Source of the DNA: Acidimicrobiia bacterium
GTDB taxonomy: Bacteria; Actinomycetota; Acidimicrobiia; Spongiisociales; JAENVV01
Reading direction: 5' to 3'
Assembly: GCA_024637275.1 (NCBI GenBank)
Contig: JAGXFS010000104.1
Coordinates: 37 to 64,036, forward strand
DNA: 64,000 nucleotides
Within the stretch, counting starts at the first letter, position 1; each line of letters opens with the position of its first letter. Shown one piece after another: positions 1 to 9,916 of this stretch. The position numbers were made by a program, and so were the translations under genes. The notes beneath the pieces are model-generated. The model made no database searches. It saw nothing but the letters and a program-made list of their open reading frames with translations, and was not told where the DNA came from.

Positions 1-46
1 CGAACTTCCCAACTCGCCAATAAGCGGAAACTGGTGTGCAACGACT

Positions 47-769
47 GTGCCAGCTAGCTCTGATGTCGTTGTCGTAGTCCCTACGTACAACGAGGCGGAG
101 AACCTTGAGCCGATGGTCACCGCCATCCGCTCACACGGCTATCGGGTCCTGGTAACCGATGACGGGTCCCCGGATGGAACCGGTCACCTTGCGGACGAAC
201 TACACACAAACGATCAGGGTGTCGAGGTGTTGCATCGAGCTGAGAAAAGCGGACTCGGTCGGGCCTACGGCGACGCGTTTCGACGCCTCGCCCAGGACGA
301 CACGGTAACGATCGTCTGCCAGATCGACGCAGACTTCTCCCACGACCCGGGCGATCTACCGAGACTTGTCCAGCAGGTTCGCGATGGAGCTGGTTTGGCG
401 ATTGGGTCCCGCTACGTCAAGGGAGGATCAACTCCCGATTGGCCGATTCATCGTCGATTTCTCTCGACCGGGGGCAACCTGTATGCCAGAACCATGCTCG
501 GCCTTGGGGTACAGGATTGCACCGCCGGATTCCGGGCTTGGGACGCCAGTCGGTTGTACGGGTTACGGGCCGGGACGGCCGAAGCCTCCGGCTACGGCTT
601 TCAGGTCGAAATGACCCGCCGGGCAGTGCGCGCCGGCCTGGATGTTCGCGAGGTTCCGATTGCGTTTCGCGATCGTGAGTTCGGTGAGTCGAAGATGGGT
701 TTGCCGATCGTCGTCGAAGCGATGTGGCTGGTCACCAGATGGGGTTTTGCAAGAATCATCGGACGATAA
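47..769 (+). CDS. Glycosyltransferase family 2, polyprenol-phosphate mannosyl/glucosyl-transferase (DPM1/Ppm1-like)
   Basis: GTG start at 47. N-terminal VVVVVPTYNEAENL motif and DDGSPDGT (DxD-like) motif typical of GT2 dolichol/polyprenol-P sugar transferases. The ORF runs continuously to the stop at 769. Confidence 0.85.
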   Translation: MPASSDVVVVVPTYNEAENLEPMVTAIRSHGYRVLVTDDGSPDGTGHLADELHTNDQGVEVLHRAEKSGLGRAYGDAFRRLAQDDTVTIVCQIDADFSHDPGDLPRLVQQVRDGAGLAIGSRYVKGGSTPDWPIHRRFLSTGGNLYARTMLGLGVQDCTAGFRAWDASRLYGLRAGTAEASGYGFQVEMTRRAVRAGLDVREVPIAFRDREFGESKMGLPIVVEAMWLVTRWGFARIIGR

Positions 770-801
770 GACCCAAACGGTGGTCGGCTAGCCTCTCGAT
801 C

Positions 802-1275
802 GTGACCGTATCTGTGACCTCCCGCCATGCCACTCGCGATGATGTTCCTGAGTTGGTGCGCTTGTATGCAGAACTCGAGCAGGAGATGAACGCCATCCAC
901 GTCATGTGGAAACGCGCCGACGCCCTGCCGCTTCCTGTTGCTGATGCATTCGTGGCGTCAATCGAGTCAGACGACGCCGTGGTGATCATCGGCGAAATGG
1001 ACGTCATTCCGTTTGGGTTTTTGATCGCAACGGTCGAACCGTTGGTCGACGGGTCGCTGATCGGGGCAATCCGATTCATCTTTACGGAGCAAACGGCCCG
1101 TGAGGTCGGCGTGGCCGAGTCGATGCGTGACCTGGCACTTACTGAACTGCGATCTCGCGGGCTCACGCGGTTCGATGCTCATGTGCTTCCCGGCCATCGG
1201 CTGGTAAAGAACTTCTTTGAAGCCGCAGGCTTCTCAGCCCGAACCATTGTCATGCATCACGATGACAACGCCTGA
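802..1275 (+). CDS. GNAT-like N-acetyltransferase (start at GTG 802 or 814 is uncertain)
   Basis: The ORF frame from 724 would overlap the GT2 gene, so an in-frame GTG at 802 or 814 is preferred. Size and an acetyltransferase-like C-terminus fit a GNAT fold. The end overlaps the next gene's start by 14 nt. GC3-rich codons. Confidence 0.45.
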   Translation: MTVSVTSRHATRDDVPELVRLYAELEQEMNAIHVMWKRADALPLPVADAFVASIESDDAVVIIGEMDVIPFGFLIATVEPLVDGSLIGAIRFIFTEQTAREVGVAESMRDLALTELRSRGLTRFDAHVLPGHRLVKNFFEAAGFSARTIVMHHDDNA

Positions 1276-1660
1276 GCGTCGTCCCATCCCGGGCGTGGGG
1301 GTGGTCTGTGTCGACGGCGACCGGATCCTGCTGGTCCAACGGTCCCGGGGACCGTACCAAGGATGCTGGGCGGTCCCGGGTGGCAAAGTGGATTTCGGTG
1401 AATCCATGCGCGACGCGGCTCGCCGCGAAGTGCAAGAGGAAACCGGCTTGCACGTGGAGTTGGGGCCAGTGGTGTGGACGGGTGACGCCATCACCGAGCA
1501 CGAGCATTACGTTTTGGTGGATTTCCTCGGCACCGTAACCGGTGGTCAATTGGCGGCGGCTGATGACGCCGCCGACGCTCGCTGGGTCGCTTTTGGCGAT
1601 CTCGCCGGGTTCCCGCTTACCCCCACCATGGCTGAGCTGATTGAATTGGTGAGGCCGTGA
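1262..1660 (+). CDS. NUDIX hydrolase
   Basis: Nudix box GKVDFGESMRDAARREVQEETGL (GX5EX7REUXEEXGU). The start is set at an internal ATG (MTTPERRP) so that it does not overlap the upstream gene. Confidence 0.85.
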   Translation: MTTPERRPIPGVGVVCVDGDRILLVQRSRGPYQGCWAVPGGKVDFGESMRDAARREVQEETGLHVELGPVVWTGDAITEHEHYVLVDFLGTVTGGQLAAADDAADARWVAFGDLAGFPLTPTMAELIELVRP

Positions 1661-2031
1661 AGCTGCCGGTCCATGAACGCCCGTTCACCAACGATATCTA
1701 TCACACCGATGAATTGCCTGACACGCCTCAACGATCGTTCCGGATCCCAGCGACGGGGTGGTCTGAGGCTCCGGACGAGCTGATCGCCCTCGGGGACGAT
1801 CTGGGTGAACCGACCGAGTACAAGCGCCGGATCGGCTCATATCTGCTGTGGCGGGCGGGACCACCGGTCGGTGAAGCATGGTACCTCGCCATCCATCGTG
1901 AAAACCTGGCCGATCGTTACCGCTTTCGCCTGTCGGGAAAGGCGGGAAGCGGTGTCGGACCCGACGGACAGACGCACGATCGGTTCCGAACATGGAAAGA
2001 GTCACTTTTGCTGGGAGCGAACGTTGAATAA
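1657..2031 (+). CDS. Hypothetical protein inside a translationally coupled operon
   Basis: The GTG start overlaps the NUDIX stop (GTGA). Third-position GC is strongly biased. The stop lies inside the start region of the next gene. No motif recognised. Confidence 0.5.
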   Translation: MKLPVHERPFTNDIYHTDELPDTPQRSFRIPATGWSEAPDELIALGDDLGEPTEYKRRIGSYLLWRAGPPVGEAWYLAIHRENLADRYRFRLSGKAGSGVGPDGQTHDRFRTWKESLLLGANVE

Positions 2032-3349
2032 CGCTGTTGATCTGTTGCAGGCTCTGATCGTCAATCGTTGTGTGAATGATGGGAGTCCCGACTCTGGTCA
2101 TGAGTATCGGTCGGTTGAGACACTGAGCGAGTTTTTCGGCGAACCGGGACAGGTATTCGAACCGCACCCTGGTCGTCAGAGTGTGCTCTACCGAATTCCA
2201 GGCAGCGACCCATCCGCGGAGCGGCTCATGTTTATGGGGCATCTCGATGTCGTGCCTGTGTCGCCGACTGGTTGGACGCATGATCCCTTTGGCGGAGAGA
2301 TCGATGATGGATTCGTCTGGGGCCGCGGGGCGGTCGACATGCTGAACATGACTGCAGCCATGGCCATGGTGTTTCGGCAACGGATGAGCGGTTCACAACC
2401 GCGGGGAGACCTGCTCTTTCTGGCAGTTGCCGATGAAGAGAACGGTGGCGCGTATGGTGCCGAGTACCTGGTCGACAACCATTGGGAGACGGTTCGGTCC
2501 GAGTACATGCTTACGGAGATTGCTTATCCTGCCGTCGCCGGTGTTGCCGGTCCCACTCCGGCGATAAATGTCGGCGAGAAAGGTCCGTTCTGGCATCAGC
2601 TGCGGTCCGCCGGGACGCCCGGGCATGGGAGCCAACCCTATGGCGCAGACAACGCATTGATCCCGCTTGCCCGTGCCGTGACGAGCGTTGCCGGGTCGCC
2701 AACGCCGGTGATCATCACCGATGATTGGCGGTCATTTGTGGCGACTCTGGGGCTACCAGCTTCTCAGAAGGCGGGTTTGGTCGATCCGGATTTGCTCGAC
2801 GAAACTATTGACGAGATCGCCGTTACCGACCCGTTCTTTGCCAGGTACGTCCATGCGTGCACGCATCTGACGATGACTCCGACGGTGTTCAATGCGGGAG
2901 GCAAAGCGAACGTGATCCCCGATGACGCCGTTGCTTCGATTGACGCCCGTCTACTGCCAGGCCAGGACGAAGACACCGTCCGCGAGCATCTCGCCAAGAT
3001 CCTGGGAGGCGATGCCGAGTCGATAACGGTTGAATTGGTGCGTACTTCGGCAGCCAACTCATCGCCTCCGACCGGCAGGCTTTGGGAGTCGTTGCTCGAT
3101 GCGTACGAGCTCAATCTGGGTGATCGGTCGGCGGCTCCGACATTGACCCCGGCGTCGACCGACGCCCGCTTCTGGAGGCGGCGCGGGGCGGTTGCGTATG
3201 GCGCCGGGTTGTTCTGCGATCGGGTGTCATTCCCGGACTTCCTGACCATGTTCCATGGGCATGACGAACGGATCTCGCTCGAATCCATGGACCTCACCGT
3301 GAAGTTCCTTGGGGAGGCCCTGGCCGCGTTTGAGCGGCGATCCCCATGA
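2024..3349 (+). CDS. M20-family metallopeptidase/deacylase (ArgE/DapE/CPG2-like)
   Basis: Motifs MFMGHLDVVPV, FLAVADEENGG and GEKGPFW are typical of M20 zinc peptidases. The N-terminus LNNAVDLLQALIVNRCVN matches how M20 proteins begin, so TTG 2024 is chosen; this overlaps the upstream stop. Confidence 0.85.
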   Translation: MNNAVDLLQALIVNRCVNDGSPDSGHEYRSVETLSEFFGEPGQVFEPHPGRQSVLYRIPGSDPSAERLMFMGHLDVVPVSPTGWTHDPFGGEIDDGFVWGRGAVDMLNMTAAMAMVFRQRMSGSQPRGDLLFLAVADEENGGAYGAEYLVDNHWETVRSEYMLTEIAYPAVAGVAGPTPAINVGEKGPFWHQLRSAGTPGHGSQPYGADNALIPLARAVTSVAGSPTPVIITDDWRSFVATLGLPASQKAGLVDPDLLDETIDEIAVTDPFFARYVHACTHLTMTPTVFNAGGKANVIPDDAVASIDARLLPGQDEDTVREHLAKILGGDAESITVELVRTSAANSSPPTGRLWESLLDAYELNLGDRSAAPTLTPASTDARFWRRRGAVAYGAGLFCDRVSFPDFLTMFHGHDERISLESMDLTVKFLGEALAAFERRSP

Positions 3350-4155
3350 CCGCCATCGTTGTCGACCTCGACGGCGTCGTGTATCTCGGAGATCAACCCA
3401 TTCCCGGGGCACGCCTGGCACTCGAGGCCTGTGAACGGGCCGGCTCAGGAATCTGGTTCGCCACGAACTCCTCGCTCCGTACCCCCGAGGCTGCGGCCGC
3501 CAAGATTCGGGCGGTTACCGGCTACGAGGCAACACCGGAGCAGATAGTCACGTCAGCGCTTGCCGCAGCCTGGGTGGTCGGCACGCTCGACGTCGCAACG
3601 GCGCTCGTCATTGGCGAGGCGGGAGTTCGAAGCGCGCTCATCGATCAGGGCGTTGAGATCGTGAGCGATCCGTGGGCGGCGGAGGCCGTTGTCGTCGGGC
3701 TCGATCTAGAGGTTCACTACGGGCTGCTTCGTGACGCCACCCTGGCGGTTCGCAACGGAGCAACCTTCGTGGCTACCAACCTCGACCCGTCTTACCCGAT
3801 GCCCGATGGACAGTGGCCGGGTGCCGGGGCCATCGTTGATCTCATCCGGGTGGCGTCGGAAACCGATCCGATTGCAGCAGGCAAACCCGAAGGGCCCATG
3901 ATCGACCTGATCACCAGCCGGATTGGCCCCGATACAGATGTGTGGATGGTGGGCGACCGTCCGAGCACCGACCTGGCCATGGCTAAGCGGGCCGGTTGGA
4001 GGAGTGCCCTCGTATTGACCGGCGTTGTTGACTCAGCTGATCAGGTACCGGACAAGTGGAAACCAGATCTCGTACTCGATTCGATCGCCGCATTACCGGA
4101 CGAATTGGAACGCCTGACTAGCCAGTCGATCGATGAGTTTCCGCCGCATCGCTAG
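3346..4155 (+). CDS. HAD-superfamily hydrolase, subfamily IIA (NagD-like sugar/glycerol-phosphate phosphatase)
   Basis: N-terminal VVDLDGVVY motif (DxDG) and C-terminal WMVGDRPSTD (HAD motif IV). ATGA overlap with the M20 stop. Confidence 0.85.
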   Translation: MTAIVVDLDGVVYLGDQPIPGARLALEACERAGSGIWFATNSSLRTPEAAAAKIRAVTGYEATPEQIVTSALAAAWVVGTLDVATALVIGEAGVRSALIDQGVEIVSDPWAAEAVVVGLDLEVHYGLLRDATLAVRNGATFVATNLDPSYPMPDGQWPGAGAIVDLIRVASETDPIAAGKPEGPMIDLITSRIGPDTDVWMVGDRPSTDLAMAKRAGWRSALVLTGVVDSADQVPDKWKPDLVLDSIAALPDELERLTSQSIDEFPPHR

Positions 4156-4812
4156 AGCGACTATCGCGCCAAATACAAACCCGGCGACGTGCGCCTCCCA
4201 GGCGACGTCGGGTGAGGATCCGGCGATCCAGAACTGGCTTACAAACCAGATCGCCAGAAATACTGAAGCCGGGACGGCGAGGGGAACGATAACGGCCCAG
4301 GTGGTGATCCGGGCTCGCGGAAACAGGATGATGTAGGCGCCCATCACAGCCGCAATCGCCCCGGAGGCGCCCACCACGGGGATCGTTGAGCCGGGATTCA
4401 TGACAATATGGGCGACGCTGGCAATCACGCCACCGGCCAGATAGAACACCAGGTATCCGCCCCGACGGAATGCGTCTTCCATGTTGTTGCCGAATATCCA
4501 CAAGGACCACATATTGCCGAGGAGATGGGCGAAACCACCGTGAAGGAAGATCGACGACAGCAGGCTGAATGCGACGATTTTGTCTTCGAACAGCCCCGGC
4601 GACGGGTTGCTGTCGCAAACTCCGCTATTGAGTTCACCGAGCGAGGCGGGACCACCCCCGGTAAATTCGCACGGAATCGTTGCGTACTCGTAGAAGGCTG
4701 AATCTCCCTGGGGCAGTTGCACGAACACGTAGATGGCCACGGCCGCCAGGATCAGAAAAACGGTCATGGCCGGGAAACGAATGCCGGGGTTTTGGTCGCG
4801 AAGCGGGATCAA
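4093..4812 (-). CDS. Rhomboid-family intramembrane serine protease
   Basis: Multi-TM protein. Catalytic GASGAIAAVMG (GxSG) and a downstream His in HLLGNMWSLWIFG. Its 3' end overlaps the HAD gene convergently by 63 nt. Confidence 0.8.
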   Translation of the reverse strand: MIPLRDQNPGIRFPAMTVFLILAAVAIYVFVQLPQGDSAFYEYATIPCEFTGGGPASLGELNSGVCDSNPSPGLFEDKIVAFSLLSSIFLHGGFAHLLGNMWSLWIFGNNMEDAFRRGGYLVFYLAGGVIASVAHIVMNPGSTIPVVGASGAIAAVMGAYIILFPRARITTWAVIVPLAVPASVFLAIWFVSQFWIAGSSPDVAWEAHVAGFVFGAIVALAMRRKLIDRLASQAFQFVR

Positions 4813-4850
4813 TGCAACTTCCTGTCACAGATGTCGGCGATAATGGCCAT

Positions 4851-5069
4851 ATGAATGAACTTGAGCCTTCAATTGAGACACCGGACGATACACCCATCGA
4901 TCCGGACATGACCGAATCGGATGTTGCCCCAGAGAGCATGGATTCCGAGACCAACGAATCGTCGGTCGAGCTGGCCATCGAAACGCTGGCCGGCGTCGAC
5001 GCCGCCGAGGCACCCGACCTGGCTGACGAAGTGGCTACCCGGTTACGGGCGCAACTATCGGACAGCTGA
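4851..5069 (+). CDS. Small acidic hypothetical protein
   Basis: ATG at 4851 (MNELEPSIETPDDTPIDPD...). Very acidic with a low-complexity N-terminus. GC3-biased. Sits where a small hypothetical sits upstream of tlyA in mycobacteria. Confidence 0.35.
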   Translation: MNELEPSIETPDDTPIDPDMTESDVAPESMDSETNESSVELAIETLAGVDAAEAPDLADEVATRLRAQLSDS

Positions 5070-5070
5070 G

Positions 5071-5814
5071 ATGTCGGTGGCCGTCGGTTGGCGCCGCCTC
5101 GATATGGTGATGGTTGAATCTGCGATGGCTACCAGTAGGTCCCATGCCGCCCGACTCATCGCCGATGGCTATGTAACCGTTGACGGCCGGCAGGCTGACA
5201 AAGCCGCCAGGAAGGTAGCACCCGACGCCCGGATTGGCGTGGTCAATGCAGATCTGGTCGGACGCGGCGGGCTCAAGTTGCGCGGCGCCCTCGATACCTT
5301 CGGATTCTCGGTAGCTGGCAAGCGATGTCTCGACATCGGGGCCTCGACCGGAGGCTTCACCCAGGCTCTGCTCGAGCGAGGTGCGGGCCGGGTAGTCGCA
5401 ATCGACGTGGGGCATGATCAACTCGATGCCCGACTCGTCGAGGATCCTCGGGTGGAGAACCACGAGGGCATCAACGCCCGGCATCTTCAGGAGGGTGACT
5501 TTGGGGAACGCTTCCCGGTCGTTGTTGGCGATCTCTCGTTTATCAGTCTCTCCCTTATCGCCGACGGCGTGGCCAATGTGGCCGCACACGATGCTGATTT
5601 GGTCTTCCTCGTCAAACCACAATTCGAAGTGGGGAAGGATTTGGTCGGGCGCACCGGCATCGTCAGCGACCCGGACCTGCATCGGTCGGCAATTGTCAGG
5701 GTTACCGGAGCGTTCGAGCTTGCGAACTGGCATCTGTGCGAGACGGTAGAGTCGCCCGTGGTTGGCGGAGATGGCAACCGGGAGTTCTTCATCTGGTTAA
5801 GAAAGAAGTCATGA
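5071..5814 (+). CDS. tlyA: TlyA-family 16S/23S rRNA (cytidine-2'-O)-methyltransferase
   Basis: S4-like N-terminus (RLDMVMVESAMATSRSHAARLIADGYVTVDG) followed by the FtsJ-like SAM-binding motif LDIGASTGGFTQ. Conserved tlyA–nadK–recN order. ATG 5071 lies 2 nt after the upstream stop. Confidence 0.85.
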   Translation: MSVAVGWRRLDMVMVESAMATSRSHAARLIADGYVTVDGRQADKAARKVAPDARIGVVNADLVGRGGLKLRGALDTFGFSVAGKRCLDIGASTGGFTQALLERGAGRVVAIDVGHDQLDARLVEDPRVENHEGINARHLQEGDFGERFPVVVGDLSFISLSLIADGVANVAAHDADLVFLVKPQFEVGKDLVGRTGIVSDPDLHRSAIVRVTGAFELANWHLCETVESPVVGGDGNREFFIWLRKKS

Positions 5815-6650
5815 AGATCGGTGTTGTAATGCGGCCCAATAGCGACGCGGCGGTAGCCGCCGTCGAACAACTGACTGCCCTGGCTGCTCAGCATGGCATG
5901 CAGGTTGGCTCGGTTGAAGAACGAGGATCGGGCGTTGCACTCGAGCCGGAACGGATGGCCGACTGCGACGTCGTGATCGCCATCGGCGGCGACGGAACCG
6001 TTTTGGAGGCCGTGCGTTACGGTGTTCCGAATGACCTCCCCGTGCTCGGGGTCAATGTTGGCAGGGTCGGCTTCCTGGCCGAGGCCGAACTGGACGACCT
6101 TCCCGTTGTCGTTGAAGTCATCGCTGGACGATCGTGGTCCGAAATGTCACGCATGACTTTGACGTCGCGCATCGAAGGCGGCGGGTCGGGAGTAGGCCTG
6201 AACGATATTGTCGTCGAGAAGATCAACAGTCAGCAGCTCGTGTCGCTTGAGCTGCACATTGATGGCGAACGGTTTCTCACCTATCGCGCTGACGGTCTGG
6301 TTTTTGCCACTCCGACAGGTTCAACGGCCTACAACCTGTCTGCCGGTGGTCCGATCGTCGACCCCTTGATTGATACGACCATCGTTACTCCCGTTGCACC
6401 GTATTCGATGTTCGCTCGTGCGTTGTGCTTACCCCCGACCAGCAAGATCGTCTGCACGGTCACCCTCGACCGTCCCGCCGGCGTTTCTGCTGACGGAGTC
6501 ATCGTGGGCACACTCGATCCCGGGAACTCGGTGACAATCGAGCGCGGCCCGGATCGGGCACGATTTATCACTCTCGCCAAGCGGTCCTATCTCCAGACAG
6601 TCAAGGCGAAGCTGAAACTGTATGAAGGTTTGGATGGAGCGAGCTTCTGA
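5811..6650 (+). CDS. nadK: NAD kinase
   Basis: GGDGT motif, NDIVVEK and DGLVFATPTGSTAYNLSAGGPIV motifs. ATGA overlap with the tlyA stop. Confidence 0.92.
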   Translation: MKIGVVMRPNSDAAVAAVEQLTALAAQHGMQVGSVEERGSGVALEPERMADCDVVIAIGGDGTVLEAVRYGVPNDLPVLGVNVGRVGFLAEAELDDLPVVVEVIAGRSWSEMSRMTLTSRIEGGGSGVGLNDIVVEKINSQQLVSLELHIDGERFLTYRADGLVFATPTGSTAYNLSAGGPIVDPLIDTTIVTPVAPYSMFARALCLPPTSKIVCTVTLDRPAGVSADGVIVGTLDPGNSVTIERGPDRARFITLAKRSYLQTVKAKLKLYEGLDGASF

Positions 6651-8239
6651 TGCTCGAAGAGCTAGGCGTCACGAATCTGGGAGTTATCGAAGACACCCGC
6701 ATCGAACCTGGTCCTGGTCTGGTGGTTATCACTGGTGAGACCGGAACCGGCAAGACACTCCTGGCCGGGGCGGTTGGGCTGCTGATCGGTGATCCAACCC
6801 GGTCCGGTTTGGTTGGACCCTACGGCGATGAGGCCAAAGTTGAGGGCCGCTTTCTCGTCAATGGGGAAGAACTGGTTCTCTCACGCCGTTTGCTTGAGGG
6901 CCGAAGCAGGGCGTACCGCAACGGGGAGATGGTTCCGCTCAAGGTCCTGGCCGAGGGCGGCACCGATCTTGTTGAGATGGTCGCCCAGCACGATCATCTG
7001 GCCATTGGAAAAGAGGCATCGGTCGTGGCCCTGGTTGATCGGCTCCTCGACGATGTCGGTCGTAACCGACTGGCGGAGTATCAGCGTGCCTGGGATGACC
7101 TTGTTGAAGTTCGTTCGAGCGCGCTGCAAGGCGACCTGCGGACCATCGAGCGTTCGCGCGACCTCGCTGCCTACGAGGCGGACGAGATAACCGGTGCTGG
7201 ATTCAGGCTGGGTGAGGATGAAGATCTCCAAAAGGACCTGGCCCGGCGACGCAACGCGGTGGAGCTAACCGAGTTCCTAACTTCCGCTCACGACGCTTTG
7301 GAGCGGAGCGCCGACGATGTCGGGTTCGCCCTTGATGCCTTGCGCAGGGTCGGGCGCCTCGACGAGGACCAAGTGTCCCTCGCTGACCGAGCTAGTGGCG
7401 TCGCGGTCGAGATCAACGACCTCGCTCTCACCATCCGCCAGGCGATGGAACTGGTCGAACATGACCCGGAACGGCTGGAGATTCAGGAAGGACGATTGGC
7501 GGTCCTCGGCGACCTGCGCCGCAAGTACGGGGACTCGCTCGACGAGATCCTCGCGTATGGTGTCGCTGCCCAGGCTCGTGCTGCCGATCTCACGGCAAGC
7601 CTTGAAGCCGCCGCTACCTATGCCGTCGACCTTGAAAAGGCCGAGCGATCCGCCCAAAACGCTGCCGAAACGCTGACCGAGGCACGCCAGAAAGCTGCGG
7701 AACGATTGTGTGAACTGGCGGTGAGCCACCTCAAGGAACTCGGGTTTTCGTCGCCGCATCTGTCGGTCCAGTTCGAACCTCGCAGCCTGCGAACGATGGG
7801 CGGGTCACAGATCTCCCTGCGATTCGCATCCGATGAACGCCTCACACCCGGCCCGGTGAACAAGGTCGCGTCGGGCGGGGAGCTTTCGCGACTGGTTCTC
7901 GCGCTCAGATTGGCCGGGGGAGTCGGGGAAGCTCCCGTTGTGGTTTTTGACGAAATCGACGCAGGCGTCGGTGGGAGAACGGCTCTGGCGCTGGGACGGA
8001 AGTTGGCCGGGTTGGCCGACGACCGGCAAGTCTTCGTTGTGACCCACCTCCCTCAAGTTGCCGCATTCGCGGACAGCCACTTCGTCGTGGATCGAACGGC
8101 TGAACGGGCTGAGGTCAGGCTGGTGGAAGGCGAGGCACGGATTGACGAGATTGCTCGTATGCTTGCCGGGCTGGACGACTCCCAGCAGGGTCGGGATCAT
8201 GCAGCCGAACTGGTAGCGGCTGCGCAACGGAGCGTGTAG
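6650..8239 (+). CDS. recN: DNA repair protein RecN
   Basis: N-terminal Walker A (VITGETGTGKTLL), a long coiled-coil middle region, and a C-terminal SMC signature/Walker B (VVFDEIDAGVGG). The start shares one nt with the nadK stop. Confidence 0.92.
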   Translation: MLEELGVTNLGVIEDTRIEPGPGLVVITGETGTGKTLLAGAVGLLIGDPTRSGLVGPYGDEAKVEGRFLVNGEELVLSRRLLEGRSRAYRNGEMVPLKVLAEGGTDLVEMVAQHDHLAIGKEASVVALVDRLLDDVGRNRLAEYQRAWDDLVEVRSSALQGDLRTIERSRDLAAYEADEITGAGFRLGEDEDLQKDLARRRNAVELTEFLTSAHDALERSADDVGFALDALRRVGRLDEDQVSLADRASGVAVEINDLALTIRQAMELVEHDPERLEIQEGRLAVLGDLRRKYGDSLDEILAYGVAAQARAADLTASLEAAATYAVDLEKAERSAQNAAETLTEARQKAAERLCELAVSHLKELGFSSPHLSVQFEPRSLRTMGGSQISLRFASDERLTPGPVNKVASGGELSRLVLALRLAGGVGEAPVVVFDEIDAGVGGRTALALGRKLAGLADDRQVFVVTHLPQVAAFADSHFVVDRTAERAEVRLVEGEARIDEIARMLAGLDDSQQGRDHAAELVAAAQRSV

Positions 8240-8298
8240 ACCGTGGCGCGAAGCTATCCACCAGTCCGTGAACTACGAAGCCTAGGAAGGCGCCTGTC

Positions 8299-9876
8299 AT
8301 GACCGTGAGCTCGACGCAACTTACTCCGCTGCTGTTCCTGGAGCGGAGTGCCGACGTATTCGGCGACAAGGTCGGGTTTATTCAAGGCGAGCAGCGAACG
8401 ACCTACGCAGCGATGGCCGCCCAGGCCACCCGTCTTGCGCATGCGTTGAAAGGCGCCGGAATAGAGCCGGGAGATCGGGTGGCTTATCTGAGTCCCAACA
8501 CGCTCGAGATGCTGATAGCTCACTTTGCGGTTCCTCTGGCGGAGGCGGTGCTCGTTGCGATCAACACCCGCCTGAGCCGTCACGAAGTGCTGCACATTCT
8601 CGGGCACTCGGGGGCCAGACTTCTCGTTGTCGATGAGTCGCTCCTGCCACTAGTGGTCGATGCGGCGAATGAAGTGGATGGGCTTCTTCGGGTGGTTGTG
8701 ATTCCCGGTCCGTCATCGACCGGGACCGACTACCGAGAATTCCTGGCGACCGGTACTGATGATCCTCTGCCATGGCGAGTTGATGATGAACGGTCGGCGA
8801 TATCAATCAACTACACCTCAGGTACGACCGGCCAACCCAAGGGAGTTGTGTATACCCACCGGGGTGCCTACTTGAATTCGCTGACCGAGGTCATCCATAG
8901 CCGCCATTCACCCGGGTCGGTCTACCTGTGGACGTTGCCGATGTTCCATTGCAACGGTTGGTGCACAACCTGGGCAGTAACGGCGGTTGGAGGCACACAC
9001 GTTGGGTTACGTGCGGTGGATCCCGCAGAGATCTGGCGTCTCATCAAAGCTGAAGGTGTGTCTCATCTCAACGCAGCCCCAACGGTGCTGATATCCCTTG
9101 CCAATCATGCCGATGCGAGTCCGTTCGAAACAGGTTTGACGATCACGACCGCCGGGGCGCCGCCGAGTCCAACGATCATCGGGCAGATGGAAGACCTCGG
9201 AGCGTCAATCGTCCACGTCTATGGCCTAACGGAAACCTACGGACCGCACACGGTGTGCGAGTATCAGCCAGCCTGGACCGGGTCTGCCAATCGGGTGACC
9301 CTGTTGGCTCGTCAGGGAGTTGCCTATATCGGAGTCGACCCCATCCGGGTGGTCGACGACGACATGCACGACGTCCCTCGCGATGGTGTGACGATGGGGG
9401 AAGTGGTCATGCGCGGTAACAATGTGATGGCCCGATATCACGACGACCCCGACGCAACAGAGAAGGCTTTTCGGGGTGGTTGGTTCCATTCCGGCGACGT
9501 CGCCGTTTGGCACGCGGACGGTTATATCGAGCTTCGTGACCGATCAAAGGACATCATCATCTCGGGTGGCGAGAACATCTCGACGATCGAAGTCGAGCAG
9601 ACCATCATGGCTCATCCCGCCGTCCTTGAGGCTGCGGTCGTCGCGATCCCGCACGAGAAGTGGGGAGAGCGACCGAAGGCGTTTGTCGTGATCAAGTCCG
9701 ATACGTCGGTAGAGCCTGCCGAACTGATCGAGTTTGTGAAGTCACGGCTGGCCCGATTCAAGGCGCCTGACACCATCGCCATCGTTGATGAACTACCGAA
9801 AACTTCCACCGGCAAAATCCAGAAGTACGTGCTGCGCGAGCAGGAATGGGGTGACCATGGACGAAGAATCAACTGA
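8299..9876 (+). CDS. AMP-dependent synthetase/ligase (FadD-like acyl-CoA synthetase)
   Basis: AMP-binding signature YTSGTTGQPKGV and a C-terminal GDV...GY...RxKD motif. It sits between recN and pyrG, which are adjacent or nearly so in mycobacteria (from memory). Confidence 0.88.
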   Translation: MTVSSTQLTPLLFLERSADVFGDKVGFIQGEQRTTYAAMAAQATRLAHALKGAGIEPGDRVAYLSPNTLEMLIAHFAVPLAEAVLVAINTRLSRHEVLHILGHSGARLLVVDESLLPLVVDAANEVDGLLRVVVIPGPSSTGTDYREFLATGTDDPLPWRVDDERSAISINYTSGTTGQPKGVVYTHRGAYLNSLTEVIHSRHSPGSVYLWTLPMFHCNGWCTTWAVTAVGGTHVGLRAVDPAEIWRLIKAEGVSHLNAAPTVLISLANHADASPFETGLTITTAGAPPSPTIIGQMEDLGASIVHVYGLTETYGPHTVCEYQPAWTGSANRVTLLARQGVAYIGVDPIRVVDDDMHDVPRDGVTMGEVVMRGNNVMARYHDDPDATEKAFRGGWFHSGDVAVWHADGYIELRDRSKDIIISGGENISTIEVEQTIMAHPAVLEAAVVAIPHEKWGERPKAFVVIKSDTSVEPAELIEFVKSRLARFKAPDTIAIVDELPKTSTGKIQKYVLREQEWGDHGRRIN

Positions 9877-9916
9877 TCATTTGGACTGGCCCCCTTTGAT
9901 GCTACGCTGACATTCC

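Noticed and set aside
4093-4155. 63-nt convergent overlap between the HAD gene 3' end and the rhomboid gene 3' end; considered a possible frameshift/assembly error
   Set aside because: Both C-termini read as plausible protein tails and both ORFs are otherwise intact, and convergent overlaps of this size occur in compact high-GC genomes. It was kept as two overlapping genes, but the overlap is noted.
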